Source: Octopus vulgaris (Eukaryota). Taken from it: a stretch of 64,000 nt of DNA. Location of the stretch: NCBI GenBank assembly GCA_951406725.2, contig OX597815.1, forward strand, positions 82,832,001 through 82,896,000, written 5' to 3'. Shown piece after piece: positions 1 through 14,137 of this stretch. The position numbers and the translations under genes are program-made. How positions within the stretch are numbered: the stretch's first letter is position 1; each line of letters begins with the position of its first letter. Under the pieces are notes generated by a model. It searched no databases. It was not told the DNA's origin and worked only from the letters and a program-made list of their open reading frames with translations.

Positions 1-135
1 TCTGTCTACCAAATCCACTCCCAAGGCTTTGGTCAGTCCGAGGCTATAGTAGAAGACACTTGCTGAAGATGCTACACAGTGGGACTGAGCCGGAACCATG
101 TGGTTGGTAAGCAAGCTTCTTACCACACAGACCAC
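1..135 (-). mobile_element. tRNA-headed SINE, family S1 head (cut by window edge)
   Basis: Reverse complement matches the motif gtggtaagaagcttgct...ggttcagtcccactg...aagtgtcttctactatagcctc...gtggatttggtagac, which recurs about 9 times in the window. Confidence 0.85.
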
Positions 136-164
136 TCATATATATATTTATATATATATATATA

Positions 165-1190
165 TTTCAAATGTACAGAAAACAAATAAAAACGAAGACA
201 GGTGTAAGAACAACAAGCAAGTGTATTAGTTTACTGCTTGGGAAAAATGGGAGTCTTTTACTTTTCGAGCCTACGCTCTTCGACAGATATGATTAGGAGG
301 AGAAATAAATAGAGTGAGAATGAAAAAACCGGAGTTCAACGTTCCAATATGGCGATGTGTCTAGAGAAAGAGGTTAAATGAAAGGGAAATAATTATAATG
401 ATAATGGTAAAGGTAATGGTGACCCCCAACAAACTAAGGTGCGCAAGCTTGTGTGCATATGTGAGAATGATGTGTGTGAGTGAGTATGTGTTAACGTGGA
501 GCGAATGAGTCTAACGTGTGTGTTTGTATGCGTATGTGTGTGTGTTGTGTTTAGCAGTTGATGTTTTGTTTCTTCAGGTGGTGTGTGCACATGCGTATGT
601 GCGTATGTATGTGTGTCTATGAGGAAATAGTGTGCATGTGTATAGTGTATGTTTGTGGACGAAAGTTATCATTGTCTATGCGTGTTGCATGTGTTGATGC
701 GTGTTGCGTGTATGTGTATATATTGCTTGTGTTTAGGTATTATGTGATTGTATGGGTGTGTGAGTATGGATGATGGTGTATGTTATGTGTACAGAGTTAA
801 TCAGTGTGTATTTGGTTGCTCGTATAATGGTATGTGTGGTGACGCTATTGAAGATTGTGTGTGAATGTAGGTAATGGTGTGTGATGTGGGTACTGTTCGG
901 TGTGTTTGGAGTCGGAAATGTTTGTGGGTGTAGGTGTAATGGTATGAGAAGAGAGTGATGAGTTAAACAGTGTGTATGGGTGTTTGTATAGTGGTGTGTG
1001 TGATGGGAGTATCGAGTAGGCAGCATGCAGATGTGTAGATGAAGGGGCAGTTGGATTTGGGAGGTGTGTGGTGTTACTGCCAGATGTAGAGAGATAGGGA
1101 ATTGAGCCCATATAGCACAAGGGAACGAAGAGAGAAGATTAATCCGTGTTCACTGTGGCTTCTGTGCAGAGAGAGTCCGAACACAGTATA
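165..1190 (-). mobile_element. 5'-truncated Penelope-like element: ORF C-terminus, CA-rich 3' region and pLTR with HHR
   Basis: Minus-strand 1074-1186 translates VFGLSLHR..EHGLIFSLRSLVLYGLNS, resembling the PLE terminal motif E..LIF.L.TL.P.GLN. HHR-like motif at 254-290. Bounded by (TA)n and (GATA)n. Confidence 0.7.
254..290 (-). ncRNA. Minimal HHR-like motif, family A (CUGUCGA core, degenerate)
   Basis: ctgtcga a gagc gtag gctc gaaa ag ta aaaga; homologous to 23713-23750. Confidence 0.55.
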
Positions 1191-1211
1191 AGTAAGTATT
1201 TCACTTATTAT

Positions 1212-1262
<51 letters not shown>

Positions 1263-2024
1263 TATATAGATAGATAGATAGATATATAGATATAGATATA
1301 TATACATATATAAGTATGTATGTATATGTGTGAGTGTGTATGTCACATCTGGCGTTGCTTTGCTTACATCCCCGTAACATTAGCAGTTCGGGTAAACGTA
1401 GAATATCTGCCAGTTTTAAAAATAAATACTGCGGTTGAATTTTTCAACTCGATCCTTCAAACCAGTATCCCGGCATGACTGCATAATAGATATATGGAAG
1501 CTGATTGAGTGTGTGTGTGGTATGTGTGAGTGTGTGCGTATGTGTGCGCACATGCGCACTATACCATACGACAAACTCTATTCTTGATATTGCTGATATG
1601 TTATGATCATACATTCATTGATAATTTTGATATTTAGCGATTTGTAGAAATACTACTATTTAGGTAAAACTAAATAAAATATAAACCACCTGCCCTTGAA
1701 GCATATTTACGTATGACAGGGTTAATGCCATTCGTAAGAGACGTGTGTATATCGACCAGAGAGCATTTGTTTCTTATAGCCCACTAATGACCAATATTTG
1801 GTATCTATTAACTAATTCATTCCGAACTGAGCTGGTGTAACTTACAGATAGAATATGAAATGTTGCGCAGTAGAAATGTGTACATACATAACACTTACAT
1901 ACATAAAACTTCACATATATATGTATATACATACATATCTATACATACACACACGCGTGCACTCACAAACAAACACATACACACATAAATATTAATATAA
2001 TCAACTGCAAGCTATATATTACCA

Positions 2025-2500
2025 TAAATGAAAAAATTTATCGTCACTAATTGCGACTGAGTGTGTCGAAGCACTTATATTGCAGGGAATAAGAGTTAAA
2101 AATTTTTTTATGTAAAAAGCGAATAATATATAACCACTGATAGGGGATATATCCGCCCCATGAGCGTCTCTAGGATCAATACTCTTGACTAGCCTCGCCT
2201 ATCAGTTGTAGGCTCGTCAGTAGTGACTACTCAAACGCACGATGGTTTGGCTAAATCCAGTTGTTAGTATATATATTTTGACCATAAAAATTTATGGATG
2301 ATTTCGCGAAATGCTAATGTATGTATAAAAAATTAATATAGACAGATAGTTGCAATAAAATATTATAAAGGAAAATCTTTATCGTCATTAATTCTGGCTG
2401 AGGGTACCGAAGCAACTATATTGGAACAAATAAGAGATAAAGTCTCTGAAAGCTGCATGAAGCGCATAAAAGATATATGCTGACAGGGAACATAACCACC

Positions 2501-2502
<2 letters not shown>
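2025..2502. repeat. Diverged ~340-bp-period direct repeat enclosing an HHR-like motif
   Basis: tttatcgtca.taatt...ctgag.gt..cgaagca..tatattg...aataagag.taaa occurs at ~2037 and ~2378. Confidence 0.7.
2182..2225 (-). ncRNA. Degenerate type-I HHR
   Basis: CTGACGA GCCTA-caactga-TAGGC GAGG CTAG TC: canonical core, perfect 5-bp stem II, palindromic stem III; GAAA is mutated to GAGG. Confidence 0.55.
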
Positions 2503-2557
<55 letters not shown>

Positions 2558-2559
<2 letters not shown>

Positions 2560-3237
2560 AACATCTAATTTAGGATAAAATTTTTCTAAAAAATTCTATC
2601 AATGGCCAGCATATTAAAAAATACCTTTAAAGGTTAAATTTATAAACAATTCGAAACCCGTTATTGTAGTGATAAATTACATGGTTATTGACGTGTCTAT
2701 TTTCGGCATATTTTGGCATTAGAATTTTTTTCTTTTGCCCTTACTTATAAATTGTTTATAAATTTAACCTTTAAAGGTATTTTTTAATATGCTGGCCATT
2801 GATAGAATTTTTTCGAATAATTTTATCCTAAATTAGATGTTAATTTAATACTGTTCACTTCCGGACTCTCTCACCTTACGAGAGTTTTCTGGCTCGAATC
2901 GCACGTGTATCGAGATGTGCTAGAGAGTTTCTATTTTGGATATATTTGGGGTACTTAATTGTGCTCATGATCTAGTGTTCACTTCTTCCATGGATATAAG
3001 TAAGTATTTCACTTATTTCTTTACCGCATTTATCACTGATGAAGAGAAGGTTCTTATGAGCTAACTCTGAAATCGGGTACGATATGGTAATAACGGGATT
3101 TTTTAGAAATTTCTGTCGGCTTTCTTCGTAACACGTGTTTGTAGTGATAAATTACATGGTTATTGACGTTGCGTCTATTTTCAGCATATTTTGGCATTAT
3201 ATATTTTTTCTTTTGCCCTTACTTATAAATTGTTTAT
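2558..3237 (+). mobile_element. ORF-less PLE-pLTR/retrozyme-like cassette (family C) between (TA)n tracts
   Basis: Inverted repeat 2558-2651 vs 2750-2843; direct repeat ~2665-2760 vs ~3139-3237; internal HHR at 3030-3090; homologous to 48241-48636. Confidence 0.75.
3030..3090 (+). ncRNA. Type-I hammerhead ribozyme, canonical core
   Basis: ttatca CTGATGA agag...ctct GAAA tcg-ggta-cga TA tggtaa; stems I, II and III all pair. Confidence 0.8.
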
Positions 3238-3269
3238 ATATATATATATATATACACCTATGCATATAG

Positions 3270-3343
<74 letters not shown>

Positions 3344-3510
3344 ATGCATATAGACACACACACACACACACATATATATATGTATATACATATATTGTAT
3401 GCCCCAATATTAGACTATTTTCTTTAGTCAATACACAGTGATTGCTTATAAAACATTATTACTATACATAATATATATATAGAGAGAGAGACAAATGTAC
3501 GTATGCATTC

Positions 3511-3545
<35 letters not shown>

Positions 3546-4675
3546 TATATGCATATAAACAGGCCAGTATTAAATGCAGAGCTTGTATGTTAGTTGCATT
3601 GTGACAACCCTATATCTTCTTTAGGTTTACTTCTTTAAAGAAATGCTGATAAGTTAAAGACCGCATGACATTATAAATTTGAGATTTCAACTGGAATAGA
3701 GAGAATACGCAGATGTTAAGAGAGAATGAGTAGATGTTCATTGGATACTCTACTCGTATTGATAGGACACAGATAAACATTTCAAGATAACTATACACAA
3801 TCTTACCCCCACTAAATCATACTTAACGCACACAACAGAAACTGCTTTCATTTCCATGTATATAAAGGCATGCATACAAACGTAGGCCCACCATTTCCGT
3901 ACTTGTGTTGCGCTAACATTGCGCGTATTATCAAACACCAGTTTTTCTCCGATATGGTCTCCTACCACAAAAAAAAAAAAAGTGAGGAAGCACAAAACGC
4001 ATATTCCGTCCCGTAGGAATATCTTCCCAATGAGTCGATAATCGAATTTACTTTTCTTCTTCTCACCCAAACTCACTCAGCGTTCAGCGTTTAGCGAAAC
4101 GCTTTAATTTAGTTTTTTCTTTCAAAACTATTGTGTTTGCGTGTATGGGAATGAGTGTGTACGGACATGAGCAACTGACAACCCTCTCTTCCTGTGTATG
4201 TGTACTTTTACTTATGTATGTGTGAAACTATAGACTTATATTTGTGTGCATGCATATATACTGGCATAAGCAACAACACCACTGTTAATAAGCCTCTTTA
4301 TTATGATGACTGGCATACAGAATATATTCCTGTTGCTTTAAAAAAAAGGTTTATCTTATTCTAGGAACCCTTCTCTAAATGTTTTTTTCTTTTCATCTTC
4401 CTCTCACCTGCCTTTCTCTATTCCTCCATTTATCTTTCATGAATGCGCAACTGATATCTCTCTGACATCTACTGCCATGTCTGAATTTCACCAAGCTATC
4501 ATGGACTGGCTCCTCTCCATTGAAGAAGAACTTTCTCCAAAACGTCGGAAATTCTTCTCGCTAAATCTTAGTTTCATTATTTTCGGTGCAACCCACGATA
4601 ATCCTCCTTGCACTCTGTGGTATTTATTGGGTGTGTTTATGCATACCTGTATTCATACACGAAGGGGGGTTTAAA

Positions 4676-4744
<69 letters not shown>

Positions 4745-4745
<1 letters not shown>

Positions 4746-5338
4746 CTGGATAAAGGATCCCGGGGGAGGCCAAAACAGTGCAAAGTAAATGTAAGGCAAA
4801 TCACAAAATAAACAAATATATGAATGCATGTAGACCTACCTTGCATTCAATATTTCGGGGTTATGACCCCATTTTCAAGAAATTAACGAATGTTGCCTAT
4901 GTGCATGTGTGTGAGCATGTGTGGAGTGGGCATACGCGTCAAGGTGTTGCTATAGCAACCAGCTAGCTTTCTGTAACTCTCTACTGTTGTTAATCTTAGG
5001 TTTATTTTGGTCTATGAGGATAACCTCAGAGATTCTAAGGTTTTCCCTGTTCCGCTGTGTTACCTAAGATCAGCAACAGAAGAGAGTTACAGGAAGCTAG
5101 CTAGTTGCTATAACAACACCTTTCCGCGTTTGTCCACGCCACACACGCTTACAAACACGCACATCGGCAACATTCGTTAATTTCTTGAAAAGTGGGTCAT
5201 AACCCCGAAATATTGAATACATGGTAAATCTACAGGAATTCATATATTTGCTTTCTTGTGATTTGCCTTTCATTTACTTTGGCCTTACTCACGATACTTT
5301 ATAAAATATATTCTACACTATGCTTCATAGTAATTATT

Positions 5339-5340
<2 letters not shown>
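4745..5340. mobile_element. Fold-back cassette with ~235-bp diverged arms, between (TA)n tracts
   Basis: ~4765-5001 is the reverse complement of ~5062-5290, with a ~60-bp spacer. Confidence 0.8.
5182..5217 (+). ncRNA. Minimal HHR-like motif with U3-A8 core (mirror copy at 4846-4881, minus strand)
   Basis: ttc TTGAAAA (t/g)-ggg-tcataa-cccc GAAA TA TT gaa in both arms. Confidence 0.5.
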
Positions 5341-5384
<44 letters not shown>

Positions 5385-6118
5385 TATGCATACATACACA
5401 TGTGCGGATGCGCGTGTATTTATGCATTGAGTGTATTCACATATATGCATCTATTTGTGTTCTACTGCGTCGACGTATTTATGTGTAATATATACACGCC
5501 TATATGTAGGCATATGCATCTTTATATTCATGTATGCATATACATATATGTATATTTGATAGTAAAATCAAGACAATTAGAATATAAAACATCAATATTT
5601 TTCATATCTAATCAGCACAAGCTTCGGAAAAACATTTTTTCCTACGTCACTAATCAAACAATTTGTCGAGTGCCATACACGAGACTCTGTGTCTTTGAGC
5701 CACTCTGTAAACTTCTGTCAACTAAAAAGGAAATAAATATTTATACATACATTTATATCGTCTATGCCTCTCACATATACATAAATCAATGCATGTATGC
5801 GTACATAAATTCTTGTAAATACACATACATATACACAAACCTACACACGTACAAGCACACACACAGATACATACATACACACACACACATCACACACGCC
5901 GCCATCTTGCATGTATAGCTAAGTGTCATTATTTAAACAAATATTTCATATGCCAAACGGCCACCCCTTGTGTTTGCTGTTATCATTTTAATACACACTG
6001 AGTTGCCCCCTCATTTACCTAAAGCATTTCATTGCCCAATTCAGATCTGTCTCATCGTATACTCATTCATTCTTCCATGAAACCATTCATTCAGTCATTC
6101 GTTAACGTACACATTTAA

Positions 6119-6190
<72 letters not shown>

Positions 6191-6429
6191 CGCAAGGATG
6201 TCTGTCTGTCTGTCTGTCTATCTGCCTGTCCGTCTAACTTACTAGCTGTCTGTTTATCTATCCATTAATACGTCTGGTAGTTTGTGGCAGCTTTGATTCA
6301 ATTAATACGTTCCCTCGGTGTCACAAAAGCGGACGCATATATACATCAGCAATGAATTACACAACAAACACACACACACGCACACACACACACATACACA
6401 CAAACACACACGTATACAAATACATAAGC

Positions 6430-6470
<41 letters not shown>

Positions 6471-6629
6471 TATATATATTTACACACACACATATATATA
6501 TATATACATATATATACACACATATATATTTATATATATATATATATATATACACAAATATATATATACACATATATATATATATATATATACACGTATA
6601 TATATATAGATACAGATATATATTCATAC

Positions 6630-6677
<48 letters not shown>

Positions 6678-7184
6678 ATACAAGCACGCACACACACGCA
6701 CATAAATACCTACACATATGCATACATACATACATACATACATACATACGCACAGCCACACTCGTTTCGGCTCATTCAAACATCCTCTCATTCCCCCTAC
6801 CATTGCACACGCTGTCCAAATACGCATACACAAGTAGACACACACACATACACCAAAAGAGTCAAGCCTAACAACAACACACAAGTCAAGCACCAATTGA
6901 CGATACACACACACAGACATATGCATTAAAGCACATCATTAAATACCCCCCATGCGCAGAAATACACATATTATTATATCATATAAACTAAAGAAGGTAC
7001 GCCAACAGATGTGTGAGCGTGTTTCTGTGTGTGTGTGTATGTGTGTGTTTGTATGTTTGTACGTGTGTGTTCATTTGTACTGTGTGTGTGGTGTGTGCCT
7101 GTGTGTCGCTGTGTGTGTGTGTGTGTGTGTGTGTGTAGTGTATGCGTGTGTGTGTGTGTGTGTGTGTGTGCGGAGGCATAGTTA

Positions 7185-7658
7185 GGAAGTTTGTTTCCCA
7201 ACCATGTGCTCTTGGGAAAAGTACCACAGCACCATACCTTAGACAAGTTTCTTCTACAGCAACCGCAGTCCGACCAATGCCTTGCGTGTGGATTTGGTAA
7301 GAGGAAATTGACAGAAAATTGCCGTATACACACATACATACATACATACATACATACATACATACATACATACATACATACATACATACATACATACATA
7401 CATACATACATACATACATACATACCTACATACATACATACATACATGCATACATACATACATACATGCATGCATACATACATACATACATACATACATA
7501 CATGCATACATACATACATACATACATACATGCATACGTACATACATACATACATACATACTTACACACATACATGCATACATACATACATACATACATA
7601 CATACATGCATACATACATACATACATACATACATACATACATACATACATACATACA

Positions 7659-7690
<32 letters not shown>

Positions 7691-7945
7691 CATACATACA
7701 TACATACATACATACATACATACATACATACATACATGTGCGTGTGTGTGTCTTTTTGCTTATGTTCTTTGTCCCACAACGACTTGACAACCGTAATTGG
7801 TTGTTTATGTCAATGTAACTTTGAGGTTCTTCCAGAAAATACCCAGGCTTTTAAAACATTGCCGTGATGGCTGGGCTCGACCGATGTTTTCATGGAGGTG
7901 CCCCAGCATGGTCGCAGATCAATGACTGCAACACGTAAAAGATAA
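7185..7945 (+). mobile_element. SINE S1 head, expanded (CATA)n, then S1 tail module
   Basis: Diverged head at 7185-7325; tail at 7765-7945 ending ccagcatgg.cgcag..aatgactg.aaca.gtaaaaga. Confidence 0.7.
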
Positions 7946-8060
7946 CAGATATAATAATACATGTGTTCACACACACACACACACGCACGTACACACACAC
8001 ACATATATATACATAATACACACACGTACACACACATATATATATATACATAACACACAC

Positions 8061-8132
<72 letters not shown>

Positions 8133-8179
8133 ATATATAATATATAATATATAATATATAATATATTATATAATATATA

Positions 8180-8237
<58 letters not shown>

Positions 8238-8788
8238 CATTCACTCACGTATAGACATTCACGTACATACGTTCATAGATACGTGCATACGTACATACAT
8301 ACATATGGGTAAATATTTACACATTTAAGAATATGCAAGCGTACACACCAAAATAAGCAATGCATATGCGAACACTATACCCCATCCAACCTACTCATAT
8401 ATACACTAATGTTAATATATACACCAACACATGCACAAGAAATATAAATAAATAAGAACAGTTTAAAGTATGCGCAAACGAAAGAAGAAGAAAAGAAAAC
8501 GTACAATCACAAACGAATTAATTTTACGCGCAAACACAAGTAAATACGTTTGCATACGTACGCATAAATAAACATTTACTACGCGTATAAATTACTGCTG
8601 CAATACTTTCGCAGTTACACATGCATGTTCACACAAGGAAGTACAAACACACGCACAAACATGCATATATACATCCATAAAAACAGGTATACACACACAC
8701 ACACATATATATATACACGTATAAATATAGTTATACATACATGTATATATATATGCGCATATATGTATATATATATATATATATATAC

Positions 8789-8845
<57 letters not shown>

Positions 8846-9000
8846 TATGTATGCATGTATGTTTAAGAATTAATGGTGTCACTGAGACCCAAAGGTGTCA
8901 GGTAATGCTGAACAAGTGCTATAGACAGACCATAGTTAAGTTCCAGGTTCGGTGATTATGCGAATAAGGGATTCAACGTTGGTCATATGTCAGCGTGTGT

Positions 9001-9322
9001 ATATAAGAATTTTTTGCGTAATGAGATAAAAAAAACAAGGCTGTGTAGATATTAGAACATTTATAGTTAGAATGCCTTACAGCTGTTTCCAGGATATTTA
9101 TTAATTATATCCCTTCATCGGAGACGGTGTTCGCCAGTTTCCTTCTCTGCCATGTGTGAGTATACACGCTTGGCTGGTCATGTTCATTCCAGAAGTAAAC
9201 GCATGAAGAGAAGTAAGGGATATAATTAATAAATATCCTGGAAACAGCTGTAAGACCTTCTAACTATAAATGTTCTAATATCTACACAGCCTTGGTTTTT
9301 TTATCTCATTACACAAAATATT

Positions 9323-9330
<8 letters not shown>
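9001..9330. mobile_element. Fold-back HHR cassette (family D) abutting (TA)n
   Basis: 9001-9115 is a near-perfect reverse complement of 9215-9330. Confidence 0.85.
9074..9125 (-). ncRNA. Type-I HHR, CCGAUGA core
   Basis: gtct CCGATGA a-gggatat-aattaataa-atatcct-g GAAA CAGCTG TA aggc; palindromic stem III. Confidence 0.75.
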
Positions 9331-9359
<29 letters not shown>

Positions 9360-9613
9360 TAAATGGAAAAATGTATTGTTAATAATCAAAGAACATGTAA
9401 AAGCGTATAACATATACTAAGTGTACAACGGGACGGGAGACATACACAGAAGGTCCCTAATTTTCCATTACTTATCAACTTTAATGGTATTACTCAGTTT
9501 CACATCATTAATGATATATACACACATACATACACATATATGTGTATGTGTGTGTGCGTGTGTGTGTGTATATGTATAAATATGTGTGTATTATATATAT
9601 ATTTATAAATATG

Positions 9614-9661
<48 letters not shown>

Positions 9662-9738
9662 GTATATATATATGTAAATATATATGTAAATATATATGCA
9701 TATATATTTATTATATATATATAGAGAGAGATGCATAC

Positions 9739-9795
<57 letters not shown>

Positions 9796-10048
9796 CATAC
9801 ATACACATATTTACAAACACATGTATGTATACGCATGCGTATACATACATTGAAAAGAGCGTACGGACATAAACGCGCAAGCATTTAAGCCTAATGTTGA
9901 ATATTTATACAATCTGATTATTCAACCTTTCAACAAGAGACCAACTTGGGTTTCATGCTTGCTATGTTAGGCGTTCTCTACCATTTGTGGTGCTTCATTG
10001 CAGATTTGTCTTTATATGTATATGTACACACGCACGCACATCCCCCCC

Positions 10049-10085
<37 letters not shown>

Positions 10086-10127
10086 TATATACATGTACGT
10101 ATGCATGTATATATATATAAGTATGTA

Positions 10128-10165
<38 letters not shown>

Positions 10166-10349
10166 CATATATATACATATATATGTGTGTGTGTGTATGT
10201 GTGTGTGTGTTTGTGTGTGTGTGTACTCCTAGATATGTCAATATGTCTGTGTCTGATAATGTGCCATTTGTGTACATGTTTAACGTTCAAACACACACAA
10301 ACACAAACAAACACACACACATACGCATTTCTACCCCTATCCATATATA

Positions 10350-10522
10350 TATGTGGTAAGAAGCCTGCTTCCCAATTGCATAGTTCCGGGTTCAATCCCA
10401 CTGTGTGGCACCTTAGAAGAGTGCCTTGTACTATGTTCTCGAGCCGACCAGAACCTTACGAGCGGCGTTGGTAGGCGGGAACTAAAAGATGTCTGCCGTA
10501 TATAAATATATATATATGTATG

Positions 10523-10616
<94 letters not shown>

Positions 10617-10900
10617 CAGACAGACATTTACATATATATCTGTTGGTATGTATGTGTATAAATATGTGTGTGAGTGTGTGTATGTACGTGTGTGTCTTTG
10701 CGTCTGTGTTTATCCTCTATCACTGTTGAACAGCCGGTGTTAGAGCATTTTCGTCTTCGTAACTTAGCATTTCAGCAAAAGAGGCCGATAGAATAAGTCC
10801 CACGATTAAAAATAAGTCCTGGGTTCGATTTGTTCGACTAAGAAATGACTTCAAGGCTGTGGCCGCAGTCTAATGACTAAAACAAGTAAAAGAACAAAAG
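10350..10900 (+). mobile_element. SINE S1 (head 10350-10500, internal microsatellites, tail 10705-10900)
   Basis: Same head and tail modules as the other S1 copies. Confidence 0.8.
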
Positions 10901-10901
10901 A

Positions 10902-10932
<31 letters not shown>

Positions 10933-11361
10933 TGTATGTATGTATGTATGCATGTATGTATGTATGTATGTATGTATGTATGTATGTATGTATGTATGTA
11001 TGTATGTATGTATGTATGTATCTATGCATGTATGTATGTATCTATGTATGTATATTTGCACATACATACATACTAACAGACGCACGCATGCAAACGCACA
11101 ATTTCTTCATGTGTTTTCTTCTGGAATGAACATGACCAGGCAACCGTGTATACGCACACATGGCAGAGAAGGGAACTGGCGAACAGTGCGAGACTAACGA
11201 ATGCATATGTATATATGTGTATGCACATAATGACACACGTAGAAAAATGCATATATTCACACATCTGCCTGGTTATATATTTAAATGGGCGTAGTAAGAT
11301 TTAGAGACGCATATGTGACAGTCCCTTTCAACTATGATTTTATATGTATGTTTGTTTGTTC

Positions 11362-11434
<73 letters not shown>

Positions 11435-11664
11435 TGTGTGTATGTGTGTGCTGAACGGCATTGATATATTCACATAAAGCTTAGTCTACTACAAACTGCT
11501 TGAGTGCGCAGCCGACCAAAGTGAGGATTAAACCATGGTGTTATACTTTGATCTTTGGTTATTACACACGACACATATAACACCGTGAGCACGCACAGAC
11601 ATATCTGAATATCTCAACACATTCATATGTTAATATATATATATTCATCCATATATATACACAT

Positions 11665-11880
11665 AAGGCGCAGGCGTGGCTGTGTGGTAAGAAACTTGCT
11701 TCCCAACCACAAGGTTCCAAGTTTAGTCCCACTGAGTGGCACCTTGGGCAAGTATATTTTACTGTGGCAACGGGCCGACCAAAGCCTTGTGAGTGGATCT
11801 GGTTGACGGAATCTGAAAGAAACTTCGTGTGTGTGTATGTATATGTGGTGCTCCACTGTCAAATGACTGAAACGTGTAAA
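11665..11880 (+). mobile_element. SINE S1 head with truncated tail
   Basis: aggcgcaggcgtggctgtgtggtaagaa.cttgcttcccaaccac...ggcaccttgggcaagt...gccttgtgagtggat. Confidence 0.85.
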
Positions 11881-12159
11881 AAGGTTAAAAAGTAACAATA
11901 AAGTATATACATGCTTTTGCATGCTTCATGTTTTTGTCGAGTATTTGTATGTAAGTGCGAGCATATGTAGATATATTTAAAATTCATAAACAATCCAGGG
12001 AATTTCATCGTTCGCTTCAAGACGAAATTCTTAAATACTTAATACTATTTGATACTAGTAACGAGGATATTATGGTTTCCTCACAAGTAAAGTCTTGACG
12101 CAGTTTTCATTTTGAATTACAAATATTCTATGCTGGGTGTTGAATGTATACTATGTTGT

Positions 12160-12670
12160 GACTCCCTTCGGTCATGAATGGCCATGGGATTGCACCTAGA
12201 ATGTTACCCTCCGAAGCACAAGTCTGGGCAAAGTTGTTTATGGAAGACCAGCAGTTGCCCACGCACACCATCCTCCCCTCTCCACGCCACCAGTGTTATC
12301 CAAGGGAAAGTCAAAGGCCGATATAGCTTGACACCAGTGACGTCGCAGCTCATTTATTAACGTGCAAGTGACTGAGCACTCCACAGACATGTGTACCCTT
12401 AACATCGTTCTCGGGGAGATTCAGTGTGACACAGAGTGTGACAAGGCTGGCCCTTTGAAATAGAGGTACAACAGAAACAGGAAGAAAGAGTGAGATAATG
12501 TTGTGGTGAAATAGTACAGCAGGGTTTACCCCTCCCCTGCCGGAACCTCGTGGAGCTTTAGGTGTTTTCGCTCAATAAACACTCACTCACAATGCCCGGT
12601 CTGGGAATCGATATCTCGATCCTACGACCGCAAGTTCGCTGCCCTAACCACTGGGCCATTGCACCTCCAC
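12160..12670 (-). mobile_element. Chimeric tRNA-headed SINE (S2 head, S3 body, tail Y)
   Basis: Head has A/B-box-like tggcccagtgg and .tcgattccc as at 24703; middle is shared with 17333-17652; tail is shared with 19300-19495. Confidence 0.85.
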
Positions 12671-13169
12671 GTTTACAATGTAACATATGCACTATATACA
12701 TATACATGAAAATGCTCGTGTATGTATGTGTATACGTGTATACCATTACCTTTGTCTACGTGCAAGTATTTGGTGTCTGTTCATGTGCAAATTTATATGT
12801 TTTGCTGTATGTATATGTACTTGTAAATATAGTTGCATGCCTAGATTAGTAGTGCATGCATACCTATTAGTTGATCTTTTGAAAAACTCTGCATAATTTT
12901 ACTCTTGCATTGATAACTTATGTATGTAGTTTTCTAATTAGCTTTCAACTCTCTGGCTTTGAGAAATCTAAATTTTTAACTTTGATGCTGAGTCAGCTGG
13001 TTATATATCCAAGTGCTCCAATAATTACAGGTGCAAATGTAAATATACAAATCATCGTTATATATAAATGTACACTGCATATATACACGTACATATATGT
13101 ATATATACATATGTACATACACACACATCTATGCATAGATGTATGTATGCATGCATAAACATAAATATA

Positions 13170-13560
13170 TTTCGGGGAGAATTCACGAAAAAAAAGAACA
13201 AAAAACGAAGACAGGTGGTGTAGAAAACAAACAGATGCATTAGTATAACGCTCAGGAATTGAAAAAAATCTTTAACGTTTCGATCCTACGATCTTCCACT
13301 AAAAGGAACACACATAGTATACATTCAACAAGGAGAGAAAAAAATGTGTGTAGTGGCTAGCGATCAATCATGGCGAATGCCGGACAGAAGGGTCACACAG
13401 GAGAGCTAAGAAGTAGGGGAGATAACAAAATAGTAGTGATCCTAAAACGAAGGTGCGCGTGTGTGTAAGAGAGCATGTATGTGCGTGTGAAAGAGGGCTG
13501 GTGATCTTGACGTGTGCGTGTGTGTGTGTAGGTGTGAAAATGTGGGGATGGGTTGTTTGT
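13170..13560 (-). mobile_element. PLE pLTR family A remnant with degenerate HHR (13269-13304)
   Basis: Homologous to 165-300 and 23665-23840; stem II gatc-gtag-gatc followed by gaaacgtt. Confidence 0.7.
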
Positions 13561-14137
13561 AACCGTTCCAGTCTTTAATTAAAATGTACAGCAGAAGAAG
13601 TATCTTGCGATATATAACAAGCAGTAAAGTACAGATGCTCTTAAATTTGTATATTGTTATATTCGGTAGTGAATACCAAGTGCACCCGCTGTGCTTTGAG
13701 ATATTCGTGTACTAGTTTTTAAAATAGCAGCCTTTCTATACATGTAACTGTGTATGCATATGCCAATGACCCAATATGACCGTTACTATTAGAATATGGA
13801 GTAAGCTGTGAAAGTGAAACGGGGACGAAACAAAATGAGATTAAAATGGATGAGTTGATAAACAATTTAGAAGATAGAGAACTTCAGTAGAGGAGAGAGG
13901 GACAGAAACATGATTATGTGAGAAAAACGATTTGGTGAAAAAAAACAAAATGTGAAGTATATGTATAATGAAATAAAGTAAACACTAATATAATTCATAA
14001 GAAAGTATAGAAAAAATATTGCGTGTGAGTTACAAAGATACAGAGATGGTGAAATAAGTAAAGGGATAAAGTAGAGGAAGACAAAGATGTATAAAAAAAA
14101 AAACATTCATTGGCAAGTATAAATAGAAGTATATATA

